From an uncultured Gaiellales bacterium (lineage in GTDB: Bacteria; Actinomycetota; Thermoleophilia; Gaiellales; Gaiellaceae), in assembly GCA_964569165.1 (NCBI GenBank), contig CAZMUG010000002.1:1-52044 (forward strand): DNA of 52,044 nucleotides. Direction: 5' to 3'. Below, in pieces: positions 41,592 through 50,838 of the stretch (the stretch's first letter is position 1; each line of letters opens with the position of its first letter). A program made the position numbers and the translations under genes. The notes beneath the pieces were generated by a model. The model worked only from the letters and a program-made list of their open reading frames with translations. It was not told where the DNA came from and did no database searches.

Positions 41592-42718
41592 CGGCCGGCC
41601 TCCGCGGGAGTGCTTCCGGCCGCGGCGACCGGCGCGCGCCCGAAGCGCACGCGGTAGCGGATGAGCACCTCGCCGCCGAGGGCGCAGAAGAGGATGAGCC
41701 CCTGCATCACCCCCACGAGCCCGGACGGGAAGTCGGCGCCCTGCAGCGTGTACCCCGCGTTCTGGAGCCCGCCGAGGAGGAAGCCGACCGGCACGACGGC
41801 AAGCGGGCTGTACGCGGCGAGGGCCGCCACGACGATCCCCGTGTAGCCGAAGAACGACGACTGGAGCCCGGTCGGGTCGATCTGGTACGCGAAGTCGCCC
41901 TCGTAGCTCGCCCCTCCGAGCCCGGCGATCGCGCCGGAGATGCACATCACCGCGAGGATCTTCCTCCGGAGCCGCATGCCGGCGAACCGCGCGGTCCTCG
42001 GCGAGTCGCCGATCACCTGCAGCTCGAACCCGAAGCGCGTGCGGGCGTACAGGACCCAGAGCACCACCGCCGTGAGGATGGCGATCCCGAAGCCGAGTGG
42101 CACGAGCAGGCTGCCGAGCTCCCAGCTCGGCCACTTCGCCTCCTCGGGGATGCTCTTGCCCAGCGGGAAGGTCTGACCCTCGAAGCTCTCGAGATCACGC
42201 CAGTACGACTTCGAGTCGATGATCAGGTACGTCAGGACGAGCCCGGCGACGTAGTTGAGCATCAGCGAGGTGATGATCTCGTTCGTCTTGAAGAAGGCGC
42301 GGAGGAAGCCGGGGATCGCCGCCCAGGCCGCGCCCGCGAGCATCCCGGCGACGACCATCGCCGGGATGAAGACCCACGTCTCGGTCACTCCCCGGTCGCC
42401 GAGGTAGAGCGCGATGCCCACGCCCGCGATCGCGCCGAAGTAGAACTGCCCCTCGCCGCCGATGTTGTACAGCTGCATGCGGAACGCCGCCGCCGCGGCG
42501 AGCCCCGTGAACACGATCGGCGTGCAGAAGACGAGCGTCGACGTGAGCGCACCGTTCGCGAAGAACGCCGCGTCGAAGAGGCGCCGGTACGTCGTGAGCG
42601 GGTCGTGGCCGGTCGCGAGCAGCACGATCGCCATGAGGCCGAAGGCGACCACGATCGATCCTGCCGGGACGGCGACCGACAGCCAGCGCGGCTGGTCGAG
42701 CCGCCGCTCGAGCCTCAT
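41588..42718 (-). CDS. ABC transporter permease (BMP/nucleoside-type, first permease)
   Basis: 376 aa, multi-TM, with LYNIGGEGQFYFGAIAG. Its ATG overlaps the ATPase stop (ATGA). Confidence 0.85.
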   Translation of the reverse strand: MRLERRLDQPRWLSVAVPAGSIVVAFGLMAIVLLATGHDPLTTYRRLFDAAFFANGALTSTLVFCTPIVFTGLAAAAAFRMQLYNIGGEGQFYFGAIAGVGIALYLGDRGVTETWVFIPAMVVAGMLAGAAWAAIPGFLRAFFKTNEIITSLMLNYVAGLVLTYLIIDSKSYWRDLESFEGQTFPLGKSIPEEAKWPSWELGSLLVPLGFGIAILTAVVLWVLYARTRFGFELQVIGDSPRTARFAGMRLRRKILAVMCISGAIAGLGGASYEGDFAYQIDPTGLQSSFFGYTGIVVAALAAYSPLAVVPVGFLLGGLQNAGYTLQGADFPSGLVGVMQGLILFCALGGEVLIRYRVRFGRAPVAAAGSTPAEAGR

Positions 42719-44301
42719 GCCTCGGCTCCGGCCATGAGCAGCCCGATCTCCTCGACGCTCGCTTCGTCCGGGTCAACGGCGCCCGCCACCGCGCCCTCGT
42801 ACATGACGAGGATGCGGTCGGAGAGTGCCATGAGCTCCTCCAGGTCCTCGCTGATCAGGAGCACCGCGACTCCCCTGGCGGAGGCATCGCGGAGGTACCC
42901 GTGCACGGTCTCGATCGCCCCCACGTCGAGGCCACGGGTCGGCTGGGCAGCGATGAGCACGCGGGGTTCCCCCTCGAACTCGCGGCCGAGGACGAGCTTC
43001 TGGAGGTTCCCGCCCGAGAGGTTCCGCGCGGGCGTCTCGGGGCCGGGCGCCTTGACGTCGTAGCGCCCGATGAGCGTGAGGGCGAGCTCGCGCATCTTCC
43101 GCACGGCGAGGAGCGGCCCGCGCGAGACGGGTGCCCCGCGGTAGCGCTTGAGCGCGACGTTCTGGGTGATCGTGAGGCCCGGCGCCAGCCCGGTCCCCAG
43201 CCGGTCCTCCGGGACATGGGCGATTCCTCCGGCGATCGCCGCGCGGGGGTCGCCGCCCTCGAGCTTCCTCCCGTCCAGGCGCACGGTGCCGCTCTCCACC
43301 TCCCTGATGCCGTAGACCGCCTCGGCGAGCTCGCGCTGGCCGTTCCCGGCAACGCCCGCAACGCCGACGATCTCTCCCGCGCGCACGTCGAGCGAGACGT
43401 CCCGCACCGCGAGCCCGCCCCGGTCGCCCGCGACCGAGACCCTGCTCACCTCGAGCACGACGTCGCCGACGGGCAGGTCCCGGCGCGCTCGTCTCGCCTC
43501 TGCAACCTCGCGCCCGACCATGAGCCCCGCCAGCGAGCGGGCAGTCGCGTCCGCGGTCGCGACCGTCGCCACGTTCCGCCCGCCGCGCAGCACGGTGACG
43601 CGCGACGACACGGCCAGCACCTCGTGCAGCTTGTGCGAGATGAAGACGACGGTGCGTCCCTCCGCGGCCATCGCGCGGAGGGTCTCGAACAGCGTCTCCG
43701 CCTCCTGCGGCGTGAGCACCGCGGTCGGCTCGTCCAGGATCAGGATGCGGGCTTCCCGGTACAGCGCCTTCAGGATCTCCACCCGCTGCTGCTCACCCAC
43801 CGACAGCTGCCAGATCCGCGCGCGCGGATCCACGTCGAGGCCGTAGCGCTCCCCCAGCTCCGCGACGCGCTCCTCGATGCGGCGGGGGTGGAGCACGAAC
43901 GAGCGGCCGGCGTCCCGATGGTCGCCGAGGAGCACGTTCTCGGCCACGGTGAACGGAGCGACGAGGCGGAAGTGCTGATGCACCATGCCGATGCCCGCCT
44001 CGAGCGCGTCTCGCGGCGACTGGAACCGAACCTGCCTGCCGTAGAGCTCGATCTCGCCGTCGTCCGGCCGGTAGAGGCCGGTGAGGATGTTCGAGAGGGT
44101 CGTCTTGCCCGCGCCGTTCTCACCCAGCAGCGCGTGCACCTCTCCCACCTCGGCGTCGAAGTCCACGCGCTCGTTCGCGACCACGCCCGGGAACTGCTTC
44201 GTGATCCCCCGCATGGAGACGGCGAGGGTGGGAGAGGCGCCGGCGGGGCCGGCGCCTCTCGCTCGTTCGTCGGCCGGGAGAGGGGCGGTGGCCTCCTCCA
44301 C
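42715..44301 (-). CDS. ABC transporter ATP-binding protein with duplicated ATPase domains
   Basis: Walker A GENGAGKTT, the signature LSVGEQQRVEI and Walker B ILILDEP are present. The second domain has LSGGNLQK. Confidence 0.9.
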   Translation of the reverse strand: MEEATAPLPADERARGAGPAGASPTLAVSMRGITKQFPGVVANERVDFDAEVGEVHALLGENGAGKTTLSNILTGLYRPDDGEIELYGRQVRFQSPRDALEAGIGMVHQHFRLVAPFTVAENVLLGDHRDAGRSFVLHPRRIEERVAELGERYGLDVDPRARIWQLSVGEQQRVEILKALYREARILILDEPTAVLTPQEAETLFETLRAMAAEGRTVVFISHKLHEVLAVSSRVTVLRGGRNVATVATADATARSLAGLMVGREVAEARRARRDLPVGDVVLEVSRVSVAGDRGGLAVRDVSLDVRAGEIVGVAGVAGNGQRELAEAVYGIREVESGTVRLDGRKLEGGDPRAAIAGGIAHVPEDRLGTGLAPGLTITQNVALKRYRGAPVSRGPLLAVRKMRELALTLIGRYDVKAPGPETPARNLSGGNLQKLVLGREFEGEPRVLIAAQPTRGLDVGAIETVHGYLRDASARGVAVLLISEDLEELMALSDRILVMYEGAVAGAVDPDEASVEEIGLLMAGAEA

Positions 44302-44305
44302 CCGC

Positions 44306-45415
44306 TTACCCCTTTGCGCTCCCGATGACTCCCTTCACCAGCCAGTTCATCCCGTAGAGGCTGTTCGTGCCGCCCTTCAGCACCTGCATCTTCACTCCGG
44401 GCTTCACGCGCAGCTTCCCCTTCTGGTCGTACAGCGGCCCGGTGAACTCGTAGAACGTGCCCTTGATCAGCGCCTTCCGCTTGGCGGCGATCGCCGCCCT
44501 CGTCTTCTTGGACACCTTGGGGCCGAACGGCGCGATGTCGGTGAGGCCGTCCTTGATCGAGCCGTAGTAGAAGCCCGTCTTCCACGTGCCCTTGATCGCG
44601 GCCTTGACGCGAGGCACGTAGTAGACGCTCCAGTCGTAGATCGCGGCGGTGAGCCACTGCTTGGGAGCGAACGTGCGCGCGTCGGAGTCGTAGCCGACCC
44701 ACGGGATCCCCTTCGACTCCGCGTACTGGCCCGCCGACGGGCTGTCCACGTTCTGACCGATGACGTCGGCGCCCGCCGCGACGAGGCTCTCCGCTGCCTG
44801 CCGCTCCTTCTTCGGGTCGAACCAGGAGTTCGTCCACACGATCCGGACCTTGGCCTTCGGGTTCACGGCCTGAGCGCCGAGCGCGAAGGCGTTCGCGTGC
44901 CGGATGACCTCCGGGATCGCGAAGGGGGCGACGTAGCCGATCATGTTCTTCTTCGTGGCTGCCCCGGCCGCCATCCCCGAGAGGAAGATGGAGTCCTCGC
45001 CCGCGCCGAAGTACTCGGCCATGTTCTTCGACACCGCCGTGCCGGTCGCCATCTCGAAGAGGACGTCCGGGTGCTTCTTCGCCGCCGCGACCATCGCCGA
45101 CTGGAAGCCGAACGAGGTGGCGAAGATCATCTTGTTCCCGTCGCGGATCAGGCTCTCGATCACCTGTGCGACCTGCGGGCCCTCGGGGACGTTCTCCTTG
45201 TAGGTCGTCTTCACCTTCGCCCCGAGCGCCCTCTGGACGGCGAGGCGGCCCTTGTCGTGGGCCTGCGACCAGCCGCCGTCGTTGTGCGGCCCGACGTAGA
45301 TCCACGCGGCCTTGAAGGCGCTCTGCTCCGAGCGCGCGGACACGCTCGCCGCGAGCACGAGCCCTACGCCGGCGAATGCCGCCGCGAGCCCGAGAACTGC
45401 CCGTCTCCCTCTCAT
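44306..45415 (-). CDS. BMP-family (PnrA/Med-like) substrate-binding lipoprotein/secreted protein, likely purine nucleoside binding
   Basis: It has a signal sequence, then AAWIYVGPHNDGGWSQAHD and FATSFGF. GGAGGA lies 4 nt upstream of the ATG. Confidence 0.9.
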   Translation of the reverse strand: MRGRRAVLGLAAAFAGVGLVLAASVSARSEQSAFKAAWIYVGPHNDGGWSQAHDKGRLAVQRALGAKVKTTYKENVPEGPQVAQVIESLIRDGNKMIFATSFGFQSAMVAAAKKHPDVLFEMATGTAVSKNMAEYFGAGEDSIFLSGMAAGAATKKNMIGYVAPFAIPEVIRHANAFALGAQAVNPKAKVRIVWTNSWFDPKKERQAAESLVAAGADVIGQNVDSPSAGQYAESKGIPWVGYDSDARTFAPKQWLTAAIYDWSVYYVPRVKAAIKGTWKTGFYYGSIKDGLTDIAPFGPKVSKKTRAAIAAKRKALIKGTFYEFTGPLYDQKGKLRVKPGVKMQVLKGGTNSLYGMNWLVKGVIGSAKG

Positions 45416-45493
45416 CGGATCCTCCGATCTCCTGGACGTGACCTGCCGGGGCGACTATAGGACAGCGCACCGGGCCGTATTAGGCTTGCCGCA

Positions 45494-47185
45494 GTGGACG
45501 TGCTCCAGCGGAGGCTCGCGGTGGCGAGAGGAGACGAGCCGGCCGACCTCGTCGTGCGCGGAGGTCACGTCCTGTCCGTCTTCACCCGCGAGTGGCTCGA
45601 CGCCGACATCGCCATCGTCGACGGCGTCATCGCAGGCCTCGGGGAGTACGAGGGCCGGGAGTCGCTCGACGCGGGCGAGCGCTACGTCGTTCCCGGCTTC
45701 ATCGACGCCCACATGCACCTCGAGTCGCCGAAGCTGATGGTGGACGAGTTCGCGCGTCTCGTCCTCCCGCTGGGAACGACCGCGGTCGTCGCCGATCCGC
45801 ACGAGATCGCGAACGTGCTCGGCGTGGACGGCGTGCACTGGCTACACGACGCGACGTCCGACCTGCAGCTCGACGTCTTCTTCATGGCCTCGTCCTGTGT
45901 TCCGGCCTCGCCCTTCGAGTCACCCAGGCGGCCCCTGATCCCGGGCGACCTGGAGTCGCTCATGCGCCGGACCCGGATGCGTGGGCTCGCGGAGATGATG
46001 AACTTCCCCGGCGTCGTGGCGGGGTCGCCCTCCGAGCTGGAGAAGCTCGGGCTCGAGGGCGCCGAGCACGTGGACGGGCACGCCCCCGGGCTCCTGGGCA
46101 AGGAGCTGCAGGCGTATGCCGCCGCGGGTATCGGCTCGGACCACGAGGCCCTGACCGTGGAGGAGGGCCGGGAGCGCATTCGCGCGGGGATGTGGCTCCT
46201 CGTCCGCGAGGCGTCGATGGCGCGGAACCTCCGGGCGCTGCTGCCGCTCGTCGCGGAGCTCGGGCCCTCGCGAATGGCGTTCTGCACCGACGACCGCGAT
46301 CCCGACGACATCGCCGACTCGGGTCACGTCAACGGCATGGTGCGCGTGGCCGTCGAGGAGGGTGTCGCGCCCGAAGACGCGCTCGTCATGGCATCGCTCA
46401 ACCCGGCCCTCTGGCACGGGCTGCGCCACCATGGGGCGATCGCGCCCGGGTACCAGGCCGACCTCCTCGTCCTCCCCGACCTCGTGAGCTTCCAGCCGGA
46501 CCTCGTCCTGAAACGGGGACGACCGCTCGAGGAGATCCCCCGGATCCCGATCCCCGAGTGGGTGCGCCAGTCGGTGCGCGTGCACGCGGTCGGCCCCGAG
46601 GACTTCGCCGTGCCCTGGAACGGCGGCAGCGCTCGAGCCATCGGGCTCGTGGAGGACCAGGTGGTCACCGAGTCGCTCACCGTGGAGCCGGTCGTCGTGA
46701 ACGGCCTGGCGGTCGCGAGCGCGGAGCGGGACCTCGCGAAGATCGCGGTCGTCGAGCGGCACCTCGCCACCGGCCGCGTCGGCCTGGGCTTCGTCGCGGG
46801 CTCCGGGCTCCGACGGGGGGCACTCGCCTCGAGCGTGGCCCACGACGCGCACAACATCGTCGTGCTGGGGATGAGCGACGAGGACATGACCGCCGCGGTC
46901 CTGCACCTTGCACGGCTGGGCGGGGGGATCGTGGCCGTGGAGGACGGAGAGGTCCTCGCCGACCTCGCGCTTCCCGTCGCGGGGCTGCTCTCGGACGCGC
47001 CCCTCGCGACGGTCGTCGAGCGAAGCCGCGCCTGCAATGCCGCCGCGCGGGAGCTCGGCTGGAGCGGCACCACGCCCTTCCTGACGCTGTCCTTCCTCGC
47101 GCTCTCGGTCATTCCGCACCTGAAGATCACGGACCGTGGGCTCGTGGACGTGGACCGCTTCGAGCTCGTCCCGCTGCAGGCGTGA
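45494..47185 (+). CDS. ade: Adenine deaminase
   Basis: 563 aa with PGFIDAHMHLES, TAVVADPHEIANV, SDHEA and FCTDD motifs. Confidence 0.9.
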   Translation: MDVLQRRLAVARGDEPADLVVRGGHVLSVFTREWLDADIAIVDGVIAGLGEYEGRESLDAGERYVVPGFIDAHMHLESPKLMVDEFARLVLPLGTTAVVADPHEIANVLGVDGVHWLHDATSDLQLDVFFMASSCVPASPFESPRRPLIPGDLESLMRRTRMRGLAEMMNFPGVVAGSPSELEKLGLEGAEHVDGHAPGLLGKELQAYAAAGIGSDHEALTVEEGRERIRAGMWLLVREASMARNLRALLPLVAELGPSRMAFCTDDRDPDDIADSGHVNGMVRVAVEEGVAPEDALVMASLNPALWHGLRHHGAIAPGYQADLLVLPDLVSFQPDLVLKRGRPLEEIPRIPIPEWVRQSVRVHAVGPEDFAVPWNGGSARAIGLVEDQVVTESLTVEPVVVNGLAVASAERDLAKIAVVERHLATGRVGLGFVAGSGLRRGALASSVAHDAHNIVVLGMSDEDMTAAVLHLARLGGGIVAVEDGEVLADLALPVAGLLSDAPLATVVERSRACNAAARELGWSGTTPFLTLSFLALSVIPHLKITDRGLVDVDRFELVPLQA

Positions 47186-48516
47186 GCACGCTCTACGCGA
47201 ACGGCTGGATCGTCGCCTGCAACGACGCCCGGACGGAGCACGCGTCGGGCTGGCTGCTCGTGGAGGACGGCCTCGTCGCGGCGCTGGGCGCAGGAACCGA
47301 GCCTCCCGCCGGCGAGCGCGTGGACCTCGGCGGCGCCGTCGTCACGCCCGGCCTCGTCAACACGCACCACCACCTCTACCAGACGCTCACGCGCGCTCGC
47401 GCCCAGGAGGCGAATCTCTTCGGCTGGCTGCGCGAGCTCTATCCGGTCTGGGCCGGGATCGACGCCGAGGCCGAGTACGCCGCGGCGCGGGCAGGGCTCG
47501 CCGAGCTCGCCCTCTCCGGGTGCACGACCGTCTTCGACCACCACTACGTGTTCCCGCGCGGGCGGGAGGGCCTGGTCGAGGCCGAGGTCGAGGCCGCCAG
47601 GGAGCTCGGGGTCCGGCTCGTCGCCTCGCGCGGCTCGATGGACCTGGGTGTGTCGGACGGCGGCCTGCCGCCGGACGAGCTCGTGGAGGAGATCGACGCG
47701 ATCCTCGCCGACACGGAGCGTCTCGTCGGAACGCTGCACGAGACCGGGCACGGCGCGCGGGTGCAGATCGCGGTCGCTCCGTGCTCGCCGTTCTCGGTGA
47801 CGAGGCGCCTCATGCGCGAGTCGGCCGAGCTCGCGCGTCGCCACGGCCTGAAGCTCCACACGCACCTCGCGGAGACGGTCGAGGAGGACGCCTACTGTCT
47901 CGAGCTGTACGGATGCACGCCAGCGGAGTACCTGGCGGACCTCGGCTGGCTGGGAAGCGACGTCTGGTGCGCCCACTGCGTGCACCTGGCGAGCGAGGCC
48001 GTCTCCGACTTCGCCGCCTCCGGCACGGGCATCGCCCACTGCCCCACCTCGAACCTCCGCCTGGGAGCCGGCGTGGCACCCGTCCGCGAGTACCTCGACG
48101 CGGGCATCCGCATCGGCCTCGGCGTGGACGGCCCGGCGTCGAACGAGCGCAGCGACCTCCTCTTGGAGGTGAAGCAGGCACTGCTCGTGGCCCGCGGGCG
48201 AGCGGGGCCGGAGGCGATGACCGCCCGCGAGGCTCTCCGGCTCGGGACGCGCGGTGGCGCGGCGATCCTCGGACGGGACGACATCGGGTCGCTGGAGCCC
48301 GGGAGGTGCGCGGACTTCGCCGTCTGGCCGATGGACGCGCTCGAGCTCGGCGGAGCGGACGATCCCGTCGCCGGGCTCGTGCTGGCGGCGCCGTTTCGAG
48401 TCGATCGGCTCGTCGTCGGCGGGGAGGAGGTCGTGCGCGGAGGGGCGCTCGTGAGCGCCGACGAGGCCGAGATCGCTCGCGACCATCGGGTCCAGGCGCG
48501 AAGATTCGCGGCATGA
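47182..48516 (+). CDS. Amidohydrolase of the 8-oxoguanine/guanine deaminase group
   Basis: Motifs PGLVNTHHHLYQTLTR, HTHLAET, CAHCVHL and GVDGPASNE. GTG 47182 overlaps the ade stop (GTGA). Confidence 0.8.
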   Translation: MSTLYANGWIVACNDARTEHASGWLLVEDGLVAALGAGTEPPAGERVDLGGAVVTPGLVNTHHHLYQTLTRARAQEANLFGWLRELYPVWAGIDAEAEYAAARAGLAELALSGCTTVFDHHYVFPRGREGLVEAEVEAARELGVRLVASRGSMDLGVSDGGLPPDELVEEIDAILADTERLVGTLHETGHGARVQIAVAPCSPFSVTRRLMRESAELARRHGLKLHTHLAETVEEDAYCLELYGCTPAEYLADLGWLGSDVWCAHCVHLASEAVSDFAASGTGIAHCPTSNLRLGAGVAPVREYLDAGIRIGLGVDGPASNERSDLLLEVKQALLVARGRAGPEAMTAREALRLGTRGGAAILGRDDIGSLEPGRCADFAVWPMDALELGGADDPVAGLVLAAPFRVDRLVVGGEEVVRGGALVSADEAEIARDHRVQARRFAA

Positions 48517-48562
48517 GACGCCCCGGTGCCGCCCGCGCGAGGTCGAGGTTCGCGAGGACGGC

Positions 48563-48856
48563 ATGAGCATCTCGCTCTCCACCCACGTCCTCGACACCGG
48601 GACCGGGAGGCCCGCGCAGGGAGTCCTGGTCGAGCTCCTGCGGGACGGGCTGCCCGCCACCTCGGGGGAGACCGACGCGGACGGACGGATCTCACCGCTC
48701 GCCGACGGCCTCGAGCCCGGGGCGTACTCGCTCGTCTTCCACCCTCCGTCGGAGTTCTTCACCCGCGTCGAGCTCGAGATCGAGCTGCTCCAGGGGCACT
48801 ACCACGTCCCGCTCCTCGTCTCGCCCTACGGATGCGCGAGCTACCGCGGAAGCTGA
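48563..48856 (+). CDS. uraH: 5-hydroxyisourate hydrolase (transthyretin-like)
   Basis: The translation is STHVLDTGTGRPAQGV...HYHVPLLVSPYGCASYRGS, with the terminal YRGS signature. Confidence 0.9.
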   Translation: MSISLSTHVLDTGTGRPAQGVLVELLRDGLPATSGETDADGRISPLADGLEPGAYSLVFHPPSEFFTRVELEIELLQGHYHVPLLVSPYGCASYRGS

Positions 48857-49272
48857 CCGTCGAGGAGCTGGCCGACCTGTTCGAGGGCAGGACGCGGCTG
48901 GTCGAGCGGCTCGCGGAGATCGACGACCCGCTGGGAAGGGCGGACGACGTCCTGGCGAGTCTCGACGAGCCCGGCAAGCTCGAGGCGCTCGCCGCCCATC
49001 CGGCGATCGGCCGGCGCTCCGGGCTCTCCGCGCGATCCGCGGCCGAGCAGGGAGACGACGAGGACCCGTGCGTCCTCGCCGATCTCGCCGCCCTCAACGC
49101 CGCCTACGAGAAGAAGTTCGGGTTCCGCTTCGTCGTCTTCGTGAACGGGCGCCCCAGGAGCGAGATCCTGGGCGTGCTCCGCGAGCGGATCGAGCGGTCA
49201 CGAGCAGAGGAGCTGGACACGGGCTGCCGGGAGCTCGTCGCGATTGCGAGGGACCGATGGACCCGTACCTGA
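48832..49272 (+). CDS. uraD: OHCU decarboxylase
   Basis: Motifs AHPAIG, AAEQ, YEKKFGFRFVVFVNGR and RERI. ATG 48832 overlaps the uraH 3' end by 25 nt. Confidence 0.75.
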   Translation: MRELPRKLTVEELADLFEGRTRLVERLAEIDDPLGRADDVLASLDEPGKLEALAAHPAIGRRSGLSARSAAEQGDDEDPCVLADLAALNAAYEKKFGFRFVVFVNGRPRSEILGVLRERIERSRAEELDTGCRELVAIARDRWTRT

Positions 49273-50420
49273 GAGACGTCCTCGACCTCAGCCTCCGGAT
49301 GCTCCACGTGATCGCGGGGATCGCCTGGATCGGAGCGTCCTTCTACTTCGTCCGGCTCGACCTCGCGCTGCGCCCTCCGAGGCGGGCCGAGGACGCCGAC
49401 GCGGGGGTCGGCGGCGAGTTCTGGGGTGTCCACGGCGGAGGCCTCTACCACTCGCAGAAGTACCGCCTGGCCCCTCCCGAGATGCCCGAGCCCCTCCACT
49501 GGTTCAAGTGGGAGGCGTACACGACGTGGCTCTCCGGTTTCGCCCTGTTCGTCCTCCTCTACTACGTGGACGCTGACATCCGCCTCGTCGACCCGGGCAC
49601 GGCCGACCTCGAGACCTGGCAGGCGGTCGGTCTCAGCCTGCTCGGCATCGTGCTCGCCTGGGTCGTCTACGACGTCCTCTGCAGGCTGCTGGCCGAGCGG
49701 AGCGAGGTCGCTCTCGTCGTCGTCGGCACCGCCCTGATCGCCCTCGCGGCGTGGGGCGCAGGCCAGCTCTTCGCTCCCCGCGCCGCCTACCTCCAGGTCG
49801 GCGTGATGCTCGGGACGATCATGGCCGCGAACGTCTTCCTCGTGATCATCCCGGCTCACCGGAAGCTCGTGGCGGCGATGGAGGCGGGCCGGGAGCCGGA
49901 TCCCTTCCCGCTCTGGCGGGCGAAGACCCGCTCGGTGCACAACAACTACCTCACCCTGCCGGTGCTCTTCACGATGCTCGCGGGGCACTTCGCGTTCACG
50001 TACGGCGCCGACGAGGCATGGCTCGTCCTCGTCGCCATCGTCGTTCTGACCGCGCTGCTGCGGGTCTTCTTCAACCGCTGGCACGCGGGGCTCCGGGCCT
50101 GGTGGATCCCGGCCGTGGTGACGGTGGGCGTCGTCGCGCTCGCCGTCTGGCTCCGCCCCGCGGAGACGGCACCCGCGTCCGCCGGCGAGGTGACGTTCGC
50201 GGAGGTCCAGAGCGTGATCGCACAGCGCTGCGCGACGTGTCACGCAGGTGCCTCCGCGCCGCTCGGCGTGAGGCTCGAGACGGAGGCCGAGATCGAGGCG
50301 CGAATCCACGACATCGACCGGATGGCCGTGCAGACCGAGGTCATGCCTCCGGGAAACTCGACCGGCATGACCGAGGAGGAGCGCGCCCTGCTCGCGGCAT
50401 GGGTCTCCCAGAACGGCTAG
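49257..50420 (+). CDS. puuD: Membrane-bound urate hydroxylase with C-terminal cytochrome c domain (PuuD-type)
   Basis: N-terminal multi-TM domain (LHVIAGIAWIGASFYFVRLD, HWFKWEAYTTWLSGF) and C-terminal CATCH haem-c motif. It overlaps the uraD end by 16 nt. Confidence 0.8.
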   Translation: MDPYLRDVLDLSLRMLHVIAGIAWIGASFYFVRLDLALRPPRRAEDADAGVGGEFWGVHGGGLYHSQKYRLAPPEMPEPLHWFKWEAYTTWLSGFALFVLLYYVDADIRLVDPGTADLETWQAVGLSLLGIVLAWVVYDVLCRLLAERSEVALVVVGTALIALAAWGAGQLFAPRAAYLQVGVMLGTIMAANVFLVIIPAHRKLVAAMEAGREPDPFPLWRAKTRSVHNNYLTLPVLFTMLAGHFAFTYGADEAWLVLVAIVVLTALLRVFFNRWHAGLRAWWIPAVVTVGVVALAVWLRPAETAPASAGEVTFAEVQSVIAQRCATCHAGASAPLGVRLETEAEIEARIHDIDRMAVQTEVMPPGNSTGMTEEERALLAAWVSQNG

Positions 50421-50430
50421 GGTCGCGCGC

Positions 50431-50838
50431 GTGCTCGAGCTGACGGCAGGCGGCTTCTCGTTCACCGCGCGCCTCGAAGAGGAAGCCGCGCCGGAGACGG
50501 TCGCCGCGTTCCGCCGGCTGCTACCACTGGACTCGAAGATCATCCACGTCCGCTGGTCGGGAGAGGGCGGGTGGATCCCGATGGGAGACCTCGACGTCGG
50601 CATCGGCCCCGAGAACGCGACGCGGTATCCGAGCCCCGGCGAGCTGATCTTCTACCCGGGCGGCGTGAGCGAGACGGAGCTCCTGCTCGCGTACGGGTAC
50701 GTCGCCTTCGCCAGCAAGGCGGGCGGGCTCGCCGGAAACCACTTCGCGACGATCGTCGCCGGGAGCGAGAACCTCCGCGAGCTCGGGCGCCGGATGCTCT
50801 GGGAGGGCGCCCAGGACATCTCGTTCAGGGAGTCGTGA
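50431..50838 (+). CDS. DUF3830-like (cyclophilin-like fold) protein of unknown function
   Basis: 135 aa with IHVRWSGEGGWIP, ENATRYPSPGELIFYPGG and GNHFATIV. The assignment is from memory of the family pattern. Confidence 0.55.
   Translation: MLELTAGGFSFTARLEEEAAPETVAAFRRLLPLDSKIIHVRWSGEGGWIPMGDLDVGIGPENATRYPSPGELIFYPGGVSETELLLAYGYVAFASKAGGLAGNHFATIVAGSENLRELGRRMLWEGAQDISFRES

Noticed and set aside
45416-45493. Possible purine riboswitch or shared operator in the divergent region between the BMP-binding-protein gene and ade. This includes the TGGACGTG direct repeat at 45433 and 45495.
   Set aside because: The region is only 78 nt. It lacks the conserved purine-riboswitch junction sequences (no UAUA...GGAUAUGG...CCGUAAAU-like core). 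An 8-mer repeated twice, with one copy inside the ade coding start, is not beyond chance.
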